Below, piece after piece: positions 34,849 to 48,200 of a stretch of 64,000 nucleotides of DNA (the stretch's first letter is position 1; the number at the start of each line of letters is the position of its first letter). The notes below the pieces were generated by a model. The model saw only the letters and a program-made list of their open reading frames with translations. It had not been told where the DNA came from and did not search any database. A program made the translations under genes and the position numbers. Source of the stretch: Botryllus schlosseri (taxonomy: Eukaryota); assembly GCA_051294905.1 (NCBI GenBank), contig CM119380.1, positions 22,878,001 through 22,942,000 of the forward strand, read 5' to 3'.

Positions 34849-36889
34849 AGTAGTATAGTAGGAAGCACCAATTCAAAATGTTCCTGTTCATGTTCCTGTT
34901 CTGAAGGATAAAGTGGCGTATTTATTGTGATAGCTTGTCATTGTTCCATTATAATCTGGTATACACCCCTGTACACCCTTTCCAAGTGGTACACCCTTAA
35001 AAATTCTGGTACACCCTAGGATGCACGATACACTCGGCTGAAGAGCCCTGCCATCGAAAACATTGTTAGCAACAAGTATATGTCATTTGATCGCACTCCA
35101 GCAGCATACACTGAACTTCAATGCTGCCAGCAAACAACTGATGCTATTGAACGTTTTTTTTTCTACTCTTGTCATGCTATACTTCGTATGGACAGACAGT
35201 TCTAACCTGAAATGTAGAAAAGTACTACAATTCTAACATGATGTGCAACAATGTCTAATTTACCTACTTGAGGGCAACTATACTTTCATATTTAGTGCAA
35301 AATCTTCCATTTTTAGGTCAAAAAATAATCTCCCTAATTAAACACTTGTTACGTATGAGGTGACATCAATAAGGGGGAATAACTTCCCGTGTGTTCACTC
35401 TACAACTCAAACCCATATGGTGTCAGGTCTGTCTAGCCGATTTTAATTTGTAAGCGCTGATCATATATTGATCTCATACCAACTCAAACTGCGGCAATAT
35501 ATTCTCTGTACAGGTATAGCGTAGAATATATGTAAGTAAGATAGCAAAAGTCCCATATTTTCCATGTATTTTCATCTCCGTGATACCATGTATTTTCTGT
35601 TACCTGTTACCGAAACAGGACTTCCTCATCCCCCCAAAACGTTGGCCTTGGTCCTCCATTGAGTGATCAACTAAACTTATCTTTACCCCGCCCCCAAGAC
35701 CCCCCTTCATGGTTTGATCCTCTTTTCGCTCACGTGATGAGATATACAAGTATAGATTCACAGGTTGACACAAAAAAGGTCAACTCTTATCCATTGACTT
35801 CCCAGCTTGGCGCTCATGCATTTCTGGGATAGCGTGGAGGGGTGGTGCAAGACCTTCCTTGTCCAGCGGCATATGCACATGATGCACTCGTGGTATGCAT
35901 AAGCACAGATCGTCTGTATGTATATCATGAATCGGTGTATATTCCGCAAAAACATCAAGAACAAAAATAAACTACGTCCTTTCCTTTATACATCCCGAAT
36001 TCACATCTGCGATTGGCAATACGGAAGAGTTTATGGGTTTTATTTTATTGCTTTGTGTGACTACTGACTATAGTAAATCCAATGGGACTGTGGTAAAGAT
36101 CTTTTCTTGCTTACATTGAATTTAGTACTGCACCCAGTTATTAACTTTAATGTGAAGGTATTTCAAACAAAGCAATCCATATTATATATAGAACATTCAT
36201 GTGGGTTGTGGGTCACATCACTAAACAGTAGCCTATCATTCTTTATGAAGCAATGAAGAAATATTCTGAATATTTAATATATTAGCTCTCAAATACAAAT
36301 AAATTTAGGTAATCATTTTCACCAAAACTCAAAAAGCTTATCAAAGCATCTTACCAAGGGCTCTCACTTTTAAAAGTGGTACAGTCACACAGTGCCCCTT
36401 TCTGCGATTTCGACACGCTGTGGGATAAACTACCTCGTTCGAAACATTTTGTGAAAATAACCCGAGCTGGCATGATGGAAGTATTTTATCAGGGAATTAG
36501 CGACCTAAACGTGCGCGCAATTACTTTTACATGAAGTATAAGAAACCAGTCATCCACGAAATCATGTTGCAAACACCATCGGCAAATATTTCGCGCGTAG
36601 CGCAACTAAAAATTTCGGGATTTGACAGATTTTGTCGTGTGTTAATTTGCAACGAGAACTCACGGATATAAAAAACTGTTTTTCAACTTTAATCATAAGT
36701 CTCAACTGCACCCGCTACCGCGACGCCATTTTTCTTCAGCGCCCCCTATGCCGCCGACCTTTTTGCGTTCGTGCTGAATGATTCTGAGATTTTTTATGGA
36801 GACAATGCTCGCTACCGGCTAATTTTATGGCTAGTGACCCCTTTGAATGGAAGGGTAGTGGGGCTAATGTGGGCTTGGTAGTTCTGAGT

Positions 36890-37290
36890 TCATAACACCG
36901 AAACGGCATGTGCGTCTCGCGGCCTCGCTCTCGTTTGGAGGGGAGCCGGCCCGGGTTCGATTCCCGCCATCAGAGGTTATTCTGGTCTCCTCGTCCCTAG
37001 TGCCGTTGTTCTTACGGCGACAAATAAGCCCTGAAAAAAGGAACGTTGAAGAAATAGCTTTCTAAAAAAGGAGCGACGAAGAAATAATAACATCGAAGAA
37101 GACTGTGACATCGGGCAAGGTCGAGGTGGATGCCGGTTCATTATGAGACCCCAACTGGTTGGTCGTTCGGCACCCGCTATCTTTTCAATACATCGCATTG
37201 TTTGTCTTGTATATCACATTGTACATTGTGTGTATGTCTTGGGCAGATGAAAATATAATCTGTCGATTCACTCGATTGATTGACTGATCG
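36890..37290 (+). mobile_element. tRNA-derived SINE, family 2 (second copy)
   Basis: CCGGGTTCGATTCCCGCCATCAGAGGTT, the same core as 32480-32900, and a GATT-type microsatellite tail. Confidence 0.65.
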
Positions 37291-37484
37291 GCAGGCTGCG
37301 CACATCATTGCTCAATCGATGTTCTGATGTGTTCGAGTATGTGCGTACTTGCCGTACTGTTTATGCCGAAGGTGTTTTCATATTGGGTTGCGGCTCTTCT
37401 TGATATAAGTCCCGGATAGGTCTCGCTTACAGGGCTGGGCGAAATAGAGTATCGGAGTGATTTGATTCTGAATCCAATAAGTCG

Positions 37485-38080
37485 CTGCTGAAGAGATTTG
37501 GCGTCCTAAACATAGAAGATATGCGGAAACTAGAAATCGCCAAGTTTATGTATCAGTTTCACTGCGGTCGTTGCCCCGAATATTTCAATGACTTCTTTAC
37601 CTCTGAATCAAAAGCGCACAAGTACAACACACGCGCGTCCACGTCGTCCAAATATCACATGATCGACCGAAAAGATCATCGCTCCATCAAATATGCCGGA
37701 CCTGATGTGTGGAACAGTATCCCGCCGGCCATCAGACAGTCGACGAGCATGTCCACATTCAAGTCGAAATACAAACAATTACTACTAAATAAATACAGTC
37801 CATCCTCAAGATTACCGGACCACGACTGACCTATCGATCTCGCTTCCCATGACATGCCGCCCTATTTCTTGTCGCATTCTTTTTCTATACTATCTTCTTT
37901 ACTTTCATTCAGTGTGCATGGCTCCTCTTTACATCGCCTAGGCCAAGGTGGGTGTCAGATTCCATAGACTACTCCTTGTCGCTTCGACATCTTCCTGTCT
38001 TTTCATTGTATCGCATTTTTTGTGGTGTATTGAACTGATAAAATTGCTAATAAACCAATGATGATGATGATGATGATGAT
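37485..38080 (+). mobile_element. 5'-truncated LINE (CR1/L2-group-like) ORF2 C-terminus, 3' UTR and (TGA)n tail
   Basis: Translates KRFGVLNIEDMRKLEIAKFMYQF..HKYNTR..RSIKYAGPDVWNSIP..FKSKYKQLLL, near-identical to 63700-63987. Ends aataaaccaa(tga)n. Confidence 0.85.
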
Positions 38081-38952
38081 CACGTTATATGCTTCGAGTC
38101 GAGTCGAGTAATCGAGTATAGCTCACTGTGACGTCATAACAGAATATAATATGTCAAAGTTCAAATATACCGTTTGTGACACCACAAAGAATATAATGCC
38201 GGTTATCCATCTCATAAATGATACTTTGGTATTTTTTCGACCATGCCGATTTCATTCCACTTGGTGACAATGCAGTGGGATAATCATAACTTGGGAAATA
38301 TGCTACTTCCAGTAGTAACCCTTTTAGCTTTGTACTATATATTTCGTATGCTACGATCCGCCTATCAAGGTTTCAAGGCCTCAACAGTGAAAATGAGTAT
38401 CGAAACTATAATTCGTTGATAAATCAACTTTCAGTGGCGAGAAGCGTACAATTTCAGTACTCCAAAAATCGTCTTTCACTACTCGGCTCGATTCAGATTC
38501 GAGAACTCGAATCATTGTGCCCAACCCTAGGCTCTCGATAAGTGCGTTACGGGCTCAGATGCCGTGTGAACCCCGACGGACGTGAGAGGCTCTTTCAAAT
38601 GAATGATATGGCAATTACTATTAGCACCATAGCACGATCTAGCGTGGAAATTAATCCGTCCAAAATCCTCCAATCCAGTTTTCTCAAATCCATGCTCATC
38701 TCTAATCAGGGACGATTGAGCAATGAGCATCGATGGCGATCAATTTAACCCCGAGTGAACCGAGCCGTGTACGTAAAGCAATACCTAACGAAAGAGACGC
38801 CGACGTGTTTGAAAAATTGCTAATGAATGAACTTGAACAGTGTTCATTGAACAGGCATTGTGACACGGAGTAGAAGCGAGGCCGTTGTGTCGAAATTATC
38901 TTTCAATCTCACAATGAGCGCTAATTGTTCTATATTTGTTTTGTGTTTATTC

Positions 38953-39312
38953 TAGGCTTACCATATTTTGGAAATCTAAAAAGAGGACACTTTTTCAGAA
39001 ATTTGCAACTTGCAAAACCGGAGTAGAATTACCGGTGAATTTTTCCCACTTTGCGATCGGTTGACTAAAAAAAAAAAGGTCATCTTTTTCGCTCAGAGCT
39101 CAAAATACCGTTTTTCTCTCTACATTGCCAGATGGATGACTAAAAAAACTTTTCGCTCAGGGCTAAAATCACCGTTTTTCAGTCCGAAATACCCGCCGGA
39201 GCGTCACTTCTGTGCTAATTTGCGGCATATCACTCGCAATTTGCTCTAAATCGGACCTAAATTTTCAAAAAAGAGGACAAATCCTCTTAAAAGAGGACGT
39301 ATGGTAAGCCTA
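38953..39312. mobile_element. hAT-like MITE with a perfect 8-bp TSD
   Basis: TIR TAGGCTTACCATA...TATGGTAAGCCTA, subterminal AAAGAGGACA repeats, and GTTTATTC on both flanks. Confidence 0.88.
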
Positions 39313-40380
39313 GTTTATTCGTATTTGAACCTATGCGAGAGTTCTAGTGTTTCGATGTGAGGGATAATTGAGGAAGGAGGTACGAAGTCATATGCTCAGA
39401 AGGGGCTCCAAGGCAACTGGAATAACACGACGCTAAAATATTTGCCTGCTATGGGACTGCATGCCAAAGAAGAATTGCTTGCCGCTTGTAGGGCTAGCAA
39501 ATTGCTAAATGCTGGCGACACACTTTGCTTTGTGTTGCACGACCGCACTGCTATACTAACGGTCTCTCTCTAAATATTATCATAACAGACTGATAGCTCT
39601 ATCGTCGTGAAAATTTACATACTTTTACGGCTGCTGACTAGCTGGTGCTGACGTACCTTAGCTTGCACACTAGTTCCTCGAAGTGAAAATACACTGCTGC
39701 AATATTATTTTTCAAAAATTATATTGTAGTGTTTATTTTGCAAATAAGAGGAAATTAAAAATATAGCAAAATATGAAATCAATAGGGCCTGTGATTACTG
39801 CGATGCTTTTTGTTCCTTATTGTTAATAGTGTAGTTCAAAGGCAAGAACTAGACATCTTTAATACTGCTATATGTTCATTCTTCAACCATATCCCTTATA
39901 TCCAGCTAAATGAGGATGAGGTAGGCTTGGCAACCCCTTATTGAAAAACAATTTAGATGTAACAGGAATCTATGCACAGCATGGAGACCTTACTGAGGGT
40001 TATCTGACAACTAGCATCCGATCATAGTACGAAAATAGTAGCATGGCAGGAATCGGTGTGTTGACTGTAAGTTGAACCTCACTTTTTCATACATATCAGG
40101 CAGTGATACGAGTGTACGACTGCCCAGTGTAACGGTGATTAGAAATGTCAAAGATAAAAACAAAAACTATCAACACTCCCAATAACTATCACAGTGTTAA
40201 AATAAGACGAGACAAGACGGCATGTCAAATCACATTATGCACCGACAACTGCAACTCGACAAAATAAAATGGTGGAAGAGAAGTACACAAGGAACTTGAA
40301 AAATAGATACTACACAAATAGATTCTAAGATAATATATAATAACGAACGTAACAAATAGGTGCAGACTGGACTCGTGATC

Positions 40381-43300
40381 TCAATGAGATTTCTTCGCAT
40401 AAAAAAATGTCATAGAGATCGATCCCTCAGTTCTCCTTATTTTGAACGGAGTCCGTTTAGAAACGTGAGGAGACAATCGATTGCCCCTTCTGGAAGTTTT
40501 TGTGAAAGTCGTCCTCGCGACCGTCGAGTTCTGCGGGCAGTCCATTTTGAAGAACTGCGAGAAACTTTTCGGATCGTCGAAACTGACGACTTGTCGCCTC
40601 ACTTGAAATACACCGCCCGCCTGCTGACCGCGTTTGACGAGTTTGTCCCAAATATCTTTCCGCATTTCCTGCCTTTTCGTCGTAGCGAATTTGCATCGTT
40701 TAGGTAAGCTAACTATTTCGTTTCCGTTCGAGACAGGGCCGTGTCTGTTCCGGCTACGACGGTGCGTTTTAGCCCACTTGTACACTTCATCGGTACATTT
40801 TCGGACCCTCTTCATTTTTCTAAACGCCGAATCAAAGAGTTTTTCGATCTCGGACGCGAGCGTGCTGCATCTGACCGGTTTGTAGTAAAAATTGATTTTG
40901 ACTTTTTGCGATTCCGGACTGTAGTCAATCAAAAACGGAGTGGCATTGGTGACCATCAACTCCAAATGACCCTCGATACTCTCGCCAGACGGCCCCGTCG
41001 CGTTGACGGATTTCCACAGCGGGTCGGGCTGGTCACTTTGAGACGCCGAGCCGTGAAGGTATCCTGTGTCGTTTACGTGTCGAAAAAAAGCTCTGGGATC
41101 GACCGCGTATCCCGCGAATTTGCACCGCATTCGTCGGCATTCCTTAGACACAGAGTCTTGGCATTTTCCCAGCCCCGGCAAAGGCACGCACGCCGACGAA
41201 GCCTTTTTGTGGGCCGCCGCGTTGCCGTTTTTAAATTCCAAACATTCCCCGGAGAAGTTTTCGATCAATTTCTTGAGAGGATCCCACAGCACGGGAAGTA
41301 AAGGCAAACTAAAACTCGCTTTTACGTTGCACGCGCTCTCATCGTTCCAACACTTTGGCTCAAACCGATGGGTCATTTTCTTCAGCGCCGTCGAGTGCCA
41401 AAGGTCCATCTCTCGGAGTAACAGCGGGTAAACGTGTACCAGACGGCCGACAGCTGGCGTCGGCAGGCAGTATTCCTGTCTGTGATTCTCCAGCACGAGT
41501 CTGATAGTGTCGGGGACGGTTTCTCTCAGCTGAGCGGTCATCGCCCGCATCTGTCCTTCGCTTAAAACGTGCGAGATGTCTTGAAAATTTCGCTCCAAAG
41601 ACGCGGTCGACGACGAGACTATTCCGTCGAGGGTCAAGCCGTTGGAGGGCGGGTTATCGAGAGTTTGATCTAGGATATCCGGCGGCACGGCTCTTACTCC
41701 GTCTGCTCCGTTGCTGTCACGATCTATGTCTTTATTTCTTCCGCTTCTATCACAGTCACGGTTCCAAGCCACAACCATTCCTGTACATTAAAATAAGAGT
41801 CAGCGACAAAAATAATACTCTACCTATCTCATCTACTTCACCTCTTGCTTTGCACGTATCTGGTATCGGAAACGTTTCGTCGCTTATCGGCGATAGTAGC
41901 CTGTTCCTGTAAATTCAAGACGCAGTGTGAATATCGGTGGACAATATCAAATGGAATTGTATCAAGCATCTTAAGCTGTACGCGACTAATCCGAAAACAT
42001 CCATAGATCAGCGTACACATAGCCAGAGGCGGTTAATAACAAAGTACTTCTACTTTTTAGCAATACTCAAGTAGGTTGCGCCTACTTGCACCAATTTCAC
42101 TTCTAATTGAACAGTTTTCGTGGCAAAACTACTTTAACAATTTGGATTGCGCAAAGCGCACGGTAGTTTTACGATATGCTTGCATATTGATTATGAGTGA
42201 GAATGTCACGCACCTACATCTAGTAGCGGTGTCATCATGGTGATTTTTCCATTGGCCGCGAAAACGCATCGTGCAATTTTTAAGTAGCCACTTCCAACTA
42301 ACTACTAAAGGTATATCTGGCCCATCGATTAAATCTACTGTAACTACTTTTTAAGTACTTTCAGATCTTCTATTTGTGCTTCTACTTGGTAGTATTGGCA
42401 TCTTTCGTTGGAATTGCTACTTCTACATGTAACTGAGTAGAAATTTTACTGTGTTGGCGATCAAGAAATTGCGCCGTGTTTTTACACTTACTCATTTCCA
42501 TGTCTTTCAATGCACGCGCCTTCTACATCTATCCAGCCGCAGTCCGGATCCACTGAGCAGCATCTGCCAGGAAAAACGGAACATGATTCCCGCGCTTTTT
42601 CCGAAAAGCCAGTTATCCAAAGACTACTCACTCTCTTGCTTTGTACGCGTTGCATCGCGCGATCGGCATTTGGACCACCCGGTCCGTGAAGGCCGCAAAC
42701 ACCGAAGGCCTGGTGTGCTCCTGTTTGGAGACGTGAAGGGATCTTATGCTGCACTCGGAACATTCCCGCTCGTTCGCGACGTCGATGCTCTCGACCAGCA
42801 CCGTTTTCCACTCCTGTGAATAGGAAAATGAGTTATATACCGAAAACAAACAATTGGGAGCAGAAATCAAACATGGATCAACATTTGTGTAACGGGACGC
42901 AACTCACGTCGGGACTGACGATCATATTTCTTATCCGCAAAACTTTCCCTTCCTCTGATCCGACGTAGAGCATTATTTTTCTTTCTCCCCCGCCGTTATA
43001 GTCCACAGTGATCTGAGTAGCACGGAAGCTAGAGAGATACGGAGTATGATTAATACAGCAGCGGAGACCTTGAAGTCACGAGAACTCACTTGCTTGTGAC
43101 ATATAGCGGCTGATTGAATTTGGGCTCGGCGTTGTCATATAAAAGGTAGAATTTCTTTGCAGTATTTTCCGTTTCCGGGTTTCTCATATGGTCACTGTCG
43201 CACCTACAAAGACATATCCATTACTGAATAAGCTGTGTTCCGTCATTGGCAGCAAACCGGTACTCACGTTCGTGCTCGTGGAACCATGTCAGAATCGATG

Positions 43301-46300
43301 GGATATGATCGGGTGATCGTTCTTTCACTTTCCGGCACCGTTACAGGGTATCTGTTGAAAGAGAATCCCGGTAAAATAGCTGTGGGAGATTGCATCATTA
43401 AAAGCTCCGTTACCTTTGCTTGCTATGGACCATTGCTGGAATAATTATGTCGTACGTGTCCAAAAAGCGTCCCTCATCGAACACTCTGGCTATGTCGTTG
43501 ATTGAATAGGCACATATAGACGACAAGGACGCATCGCTCCATTCCCTGTGATGAAATAATTTGGTTAATTACAAAGCTTACACGAAACGATACAGTGTGA
43601 TGCAGAACAGGGTATGCAAACTGTGACCCGGTGAGAAAATTTGTACGATCCCGGAAAAACTGCTAATTTTGAATACCGAGTACTGGAGACTAGTCTAATT
43701 CAGCTTGGTCCGGTACGTTTGAGCTATACTCAAGCTGGCTAAGAGGAAGACCAAAATAATGCTAAAATACACGTATGGTGACTTTGCACAATGCACATCT
43801 ATAACGTGACGAAATTTATGCGGTAACCTGAAATTTTGCACAAGATGCGGTTTACTTTCAGGTATTCAAAATTCTTTTGTGTAGTCTAAAACACGAATTT
43901 TTTTGACATGTTTGGCTATTACAAATTTCTAATGAGTTGGTCGACTCGAAATCATCTGTGCGGCCCCAGCAGTAGCACAACTTACATCATATCGGCCAGC
44001 TTATCAAACAGGTTGCGTACTGCCATATACGGCAGATCCGCCAATTCAAATCTATTGTTGTGGCTGCTGCAACATCTCTAGTTGTTTTTGTGTGGCATGT
44101 TAAAGACTACTGTACTAAACTCACCAAGGGGATGTGAACGTTGCAAAGATAACATTGTCTAGATTTCCCGATTGGTCCGGAATCGACACGATATCCGACA
44201 CAGAAGTCAAGTTGTTGAAAATGTTTTGTTCCCGTCCTTTTTTGTAACACGTAAGTCTTGCTTTCATGAATGTTGACCAGCGACGGTACAGAGAATGGTG
44301 CCCTCCTGGGTCATTCTTACATACTCTAGCAACGCGGGCGTACGTTTCCTGCGAAAAGTTTCCGGTATAGTAAACAGAAGCAATTTTGCATCAGAAAACA
44401 TTTTCTTACTTCTTGGTTATCCAAGGACTCTCTTTCATCACTAGTTTCGCGGAAGAATAAGTAAAGATACTCCTTAAATTCAATAATCTTCAGGAATGTC
44501 GAATCTGCAATGAAATGATATGGCTGATAGTGATGGATTCAAGTCTTAACAACAGTATCCGGAATTACCTTTTAACCATGAATCCATACTTGTTAAAATG
44601 GGACCACCGTCTCTCATAATAAGGCTTCTGTCGTTCCTTCTTAGCGCTGTGAAGATCTGATAGCCGGCGTCTAAAAGAAGGTGCCACATTATATTCATGG
44701 TCATTTCAAACCAGTTGTTGAGATATAAATAGATATAAATTGTAATTGGAGAATATACTATCTATCAGAAATTGAAATTATGTATTGGCCCCTGAATTTT
44801 TGCTACATTTACTGAGACAGCATTACGGTAATATGCGCGTATTATTATCGCATAAAAAAATGAAAGTTTTATGTAAATGTATGCGTGTTTTATAAGCATT
44901 TGTATTACTATTTGTACAACTATCAAAGTGAACAATTTACTAACTTGTTTCTGAATAGAGAGAAACACTTCCGGCTGTCGGATGGGGTGACACTGGACAT
45001 GGCCCTGTACATGGCATTTGTCCAACAGTCGGCGAGTTTTCATCATCAATATGATAGACATCAGAAAAGTTCTCAATCTGAAGAAATAAACCATTTTTGG
45101 TACAACTTCTACCAATAATAATAAGTAGTTACTTACTGAATAATATCTGCATGCAGGTGAAAATGCGTTCGTACCGCACACTAGAAGTAAGTTGTTATCC
45201 ATGAGTTCAATAAACTGAATGTAGTTTTCACAAAGATTCTGTAACGAGGATAGTAAATTCAATATTATGAAACACTCAAGTACAATAACCAAATACATAC
45301 CGAGTCTCGATTTGGAACACTCATACATTCTTTCCTGTTGTCCACCGCCTTCCATGTTAAAATCTTTTTGTATGTCAGCGATTCTGGGACATGATCTATC
45401 TCCAAGTCTTCGTTATCCAACACGCCACTCACCATGTAAACATGATCTCTGCAATTTTTGTTTCATATTCATCGCTCGGTTTCAAACGGAAGAAGTTCAA
45501 GGCCGCATTTAAAAAGAGGCTTTGTTCAAATATGTCAAGTTTCAACATGTCATGCTTGGACGAGCACTACTCATTTGCTTTAATGACCCTCACAGTCTCT
45601 TGACTGGAACTTGTAAGGTGCCGAGATGGGCAGACTTCAAGGTGTACATAATTCCTAACTATTGTGAATGGCATCGTTGTGGATTCAAGAAGTTGGATGA
45701 AGTGCGCATAAGCTAGTCTTGAACGTATAAACTTTATATAATATGAGAAGTTTCCAATTATGATTATATATTATGACAGTAAAAACTTTTCCAAAATAAG
45801 AATAAAACAATTAGATTTCCTGTGATTGTAGGCATGATCCTCATCATGAAGTCACTAAAAACGTATTCGCGCTTTGATGTATTAGCACATGAAGCAAATA
45901 TAACCAGAAACTGTTTTGGTTGAACAGGAAGTATTTGACCCATATCTGGTGTAGCGTAAATCCTCGAAGTGACGTTTAGAGGTTTTGAAGGTGAATCCTT
46001 TGAAGTTATCATTATGTGACCACTTGAGCTGAAAGTATCATTTCAAACCAAACTCTTCGAAGTCAGATACAACAGTTTATTTTATGACATCATATTGACA
46101 TAAATAAGAAGATGCGACCATAAAATCGTTCCAGATTATTCTCTCAAACAATGAGCATACTGTAATTTATAAATATACAGAAAAGCACACTTACTTTCCG
46201 CCGATTAGTAAAATGTCCGTCTCATTTCCCCAGCGATACAAGAACTTGAAAGTTTGAAATGATAATGTATTCCTGTCGGGGCTAACACTGCGGCTGAAAC

Positions 46301-46837
46301 TACGACCAGATGCAGGTGGAGTGTCAGGCTCAGGGTTGAAGTGCTTAAATCCGGGGCCGATAGAACCTGAAAAGATTTCATGTTGTGCATTCCAACTCGG
46401 CAATGATTACAAAGCAATTATTTGTATTGGGTAGCATTGTATTGATTGAAGTTTCCTATTTGAGCGTTCTTAATGGCTGGCGACTGCTATTCAATATGAC
46501 ACCGTTCCATTTACTAGTACACATCAAGAAAATGATTCACCTTTGTAGTAGTTTTTTTTTCAAATATTTGATCACAATCAGACAACTTTAGTAGACACAT
46601 CAGAACAAAGGCTGAATAAATTCTCCCGAATTCCTTAACATACAGTTAGCTTTTAAACTTATCATTCATGTTTTGTGATTTTCAAGTGTATCCCCATCTA
46701 TAATTACACACTGAAATGTGTGATTGTCACTTACCGTCTGTGTATATGAGCGGTCTTTTGTTGCCCTCTGCAGCGCACAGCATATAAGATCCCAGTAAAG
46801 ATGTCACACTGATGCATATTAAGAGTGTCCTTGTCAT
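40381..46837 (-). CDS. Semaphorin (signal peptide, Sema, PSI, long unrecognised C-terminal region)
   Basis: Exons (-): 46837-46735 (signal peptide MTRTLLICISVTSLLGSYMLCAA), 46366-46195, 45448-45301 (KDHVYMV..KKILTWKA), 45238-45137 (CENYIQ..VCGTNAFSPACRYY), 45077-44945, 44670-44569, 44504-44410 (YLFFRE), 44348-44125 (ARVARVCKNDPGG..WSTFMKARLTC), 43545-43414 (ICAYSINDIARVF), 43351-43268, 43203-43090, 43028-42908 (LYVGSEEGKVLR), 42813-42632, 42563-42492 (PSI: CCSVDPDCGW), 41906-41842, 41780-40381. Phases are consistent throughout. Confidence 0.9.
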
Positions 46838-47149
46838 TTTAATCTTCGATATCACAGGTATCATCCAGCCACTTGTCAATAAATATCTTTAAATAATTTT
46901 AATTCGGCTCGTTCAAATGCAGAAGGGATATTATTGCATTTCGTGTAAAAATCCCGTTTTCTTTGCTGGTCTTTATGCGACTGGTGCAGTCTTTTCAGAA
47001 GTGTCTCCGTTGTTAGCTCCAAAGGTGATTATTGCATTCGCTGTTGTCTTGGTCTCTTTCAGTAATCTCTTTATGATGCTTTTCCCTTACAAGTTATATC
47101 ATTTACATAACTGCATGAGAAAATGATTTACCCGCTCAATTAGCCAATG

Positions 47150-48200
47150 ATAGCATGTGAAGCAATAAAATTTCAACCTCCGGATTTTAATGTGAGAGAG
47201 TGGGAATGATGTAATTCGTTGATCAAGTGCGGTCTTGTACATGACATAATTATTACACCAACACAAGTATTTGATGAGAACATTATTCCGCTTATTCGGT
47301 TACTTTTTATTACTTGTTGCATCCTCCGAACAGAGTAATGAGCATGTAACATGTAACCTAACATGTTTCACAAGCCGTCTCCAATCTTTATCTTGGGAGT
47401 ATCGTAAAACAGCAACATGACTAAGACCATGAAGTCATACATTAAAAATGTATCCTACGTTACTGCCCTTGTTAGATATTTTAGGCTTATGGGTAATCTG
47501 TGTCTGTTCAAACGTACCCACTCCACTGGAGCTACTGCAATATCTCGTAATGCCTAGCGATTTCACTTATGATTAGTCGTACGATAAAAATTTATGAAAA
47601 CTCCAGGTAAAGCTATTCTATTTATGTATGCTGATAGAAATCTTTTAGTGTTTAATGAAAGAATTTGGTAAGACAATACCTTAGATGCCTGCAAGGTATG
47701 ATGAAAGTCTCTTGCTGAGGATAACCAGTTAAGATAAACAACGCAAGGCACAAGCTTCATACTATAATACATCGGAGAATATCAAAATTTGCAGTTTTAA
47801 TGTCTATTGGAAACTCCCTATGATGTTCAAATCCCATCATCGAGCAAAATTTCTGTTAAGTATTCTGTTTTTTCAAATGAAATTTTTATCCTTGCTTTAT
47901 CGATTAAAAATCTGATTTGTGCTAATTCTTATTGTCTCAAATGGGATTTTCTTGAGCTGTAAAGCTTGTCAGAAATTCTCTGTGATGTTATAAGCAAGTA
48001 TTTCCTGCGCAAGTATTGATAGGAATTTTAATCCTGTAACAGGTAAACTATTTCTCTCAGTCCTAGAGCGACTTAAAACGCCAGTGCTTAGGCGCAAAAT
48101 TGCTTTTTTTTTCTCATTCAGGAAGCTCTTCCTATAAGAATGAAACTTCTGTATGGCATGGTATTATGGATTATCTCGATTTCAATTCCCAGAAATTACA
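47150..48200 (-). mobile_element. Highly decayed non-LTR retrotransposon RT remnant (RTE-like)
   Basis: Broken minus-strand frames give STNQIF, FPIDIKTANFDILR, MLLFYDT, IKYL and KIRRLKFY in the order expected for an RT. Many stops and frameshifts. Confidence 0.4.

Noticed and set aside
36890-36975. Possible tRNA gene
   Set aside because: A B box is present but no cloverleaf or acceptor stem forms, and it continues into a SINE body.
43980-44060. Minus-strand GGSAVY resembling the Sema GSAVC motif
   Set aside because: It is bounded by in-frame stops. The real motif is in exon 43545-43414 (SSICAYS).
45430-45570. Minus-strand frame MLKLDIFEQSLFLNAALNFFRL..IMFTW resembling a duplicate Sema N-terminal exon
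   Set aside because: It overlaps the true exon acceptor at 45449 in another frame and has no phase-compatible partner. The 46195-45448 junction already supplies LLIGGKDHVY.
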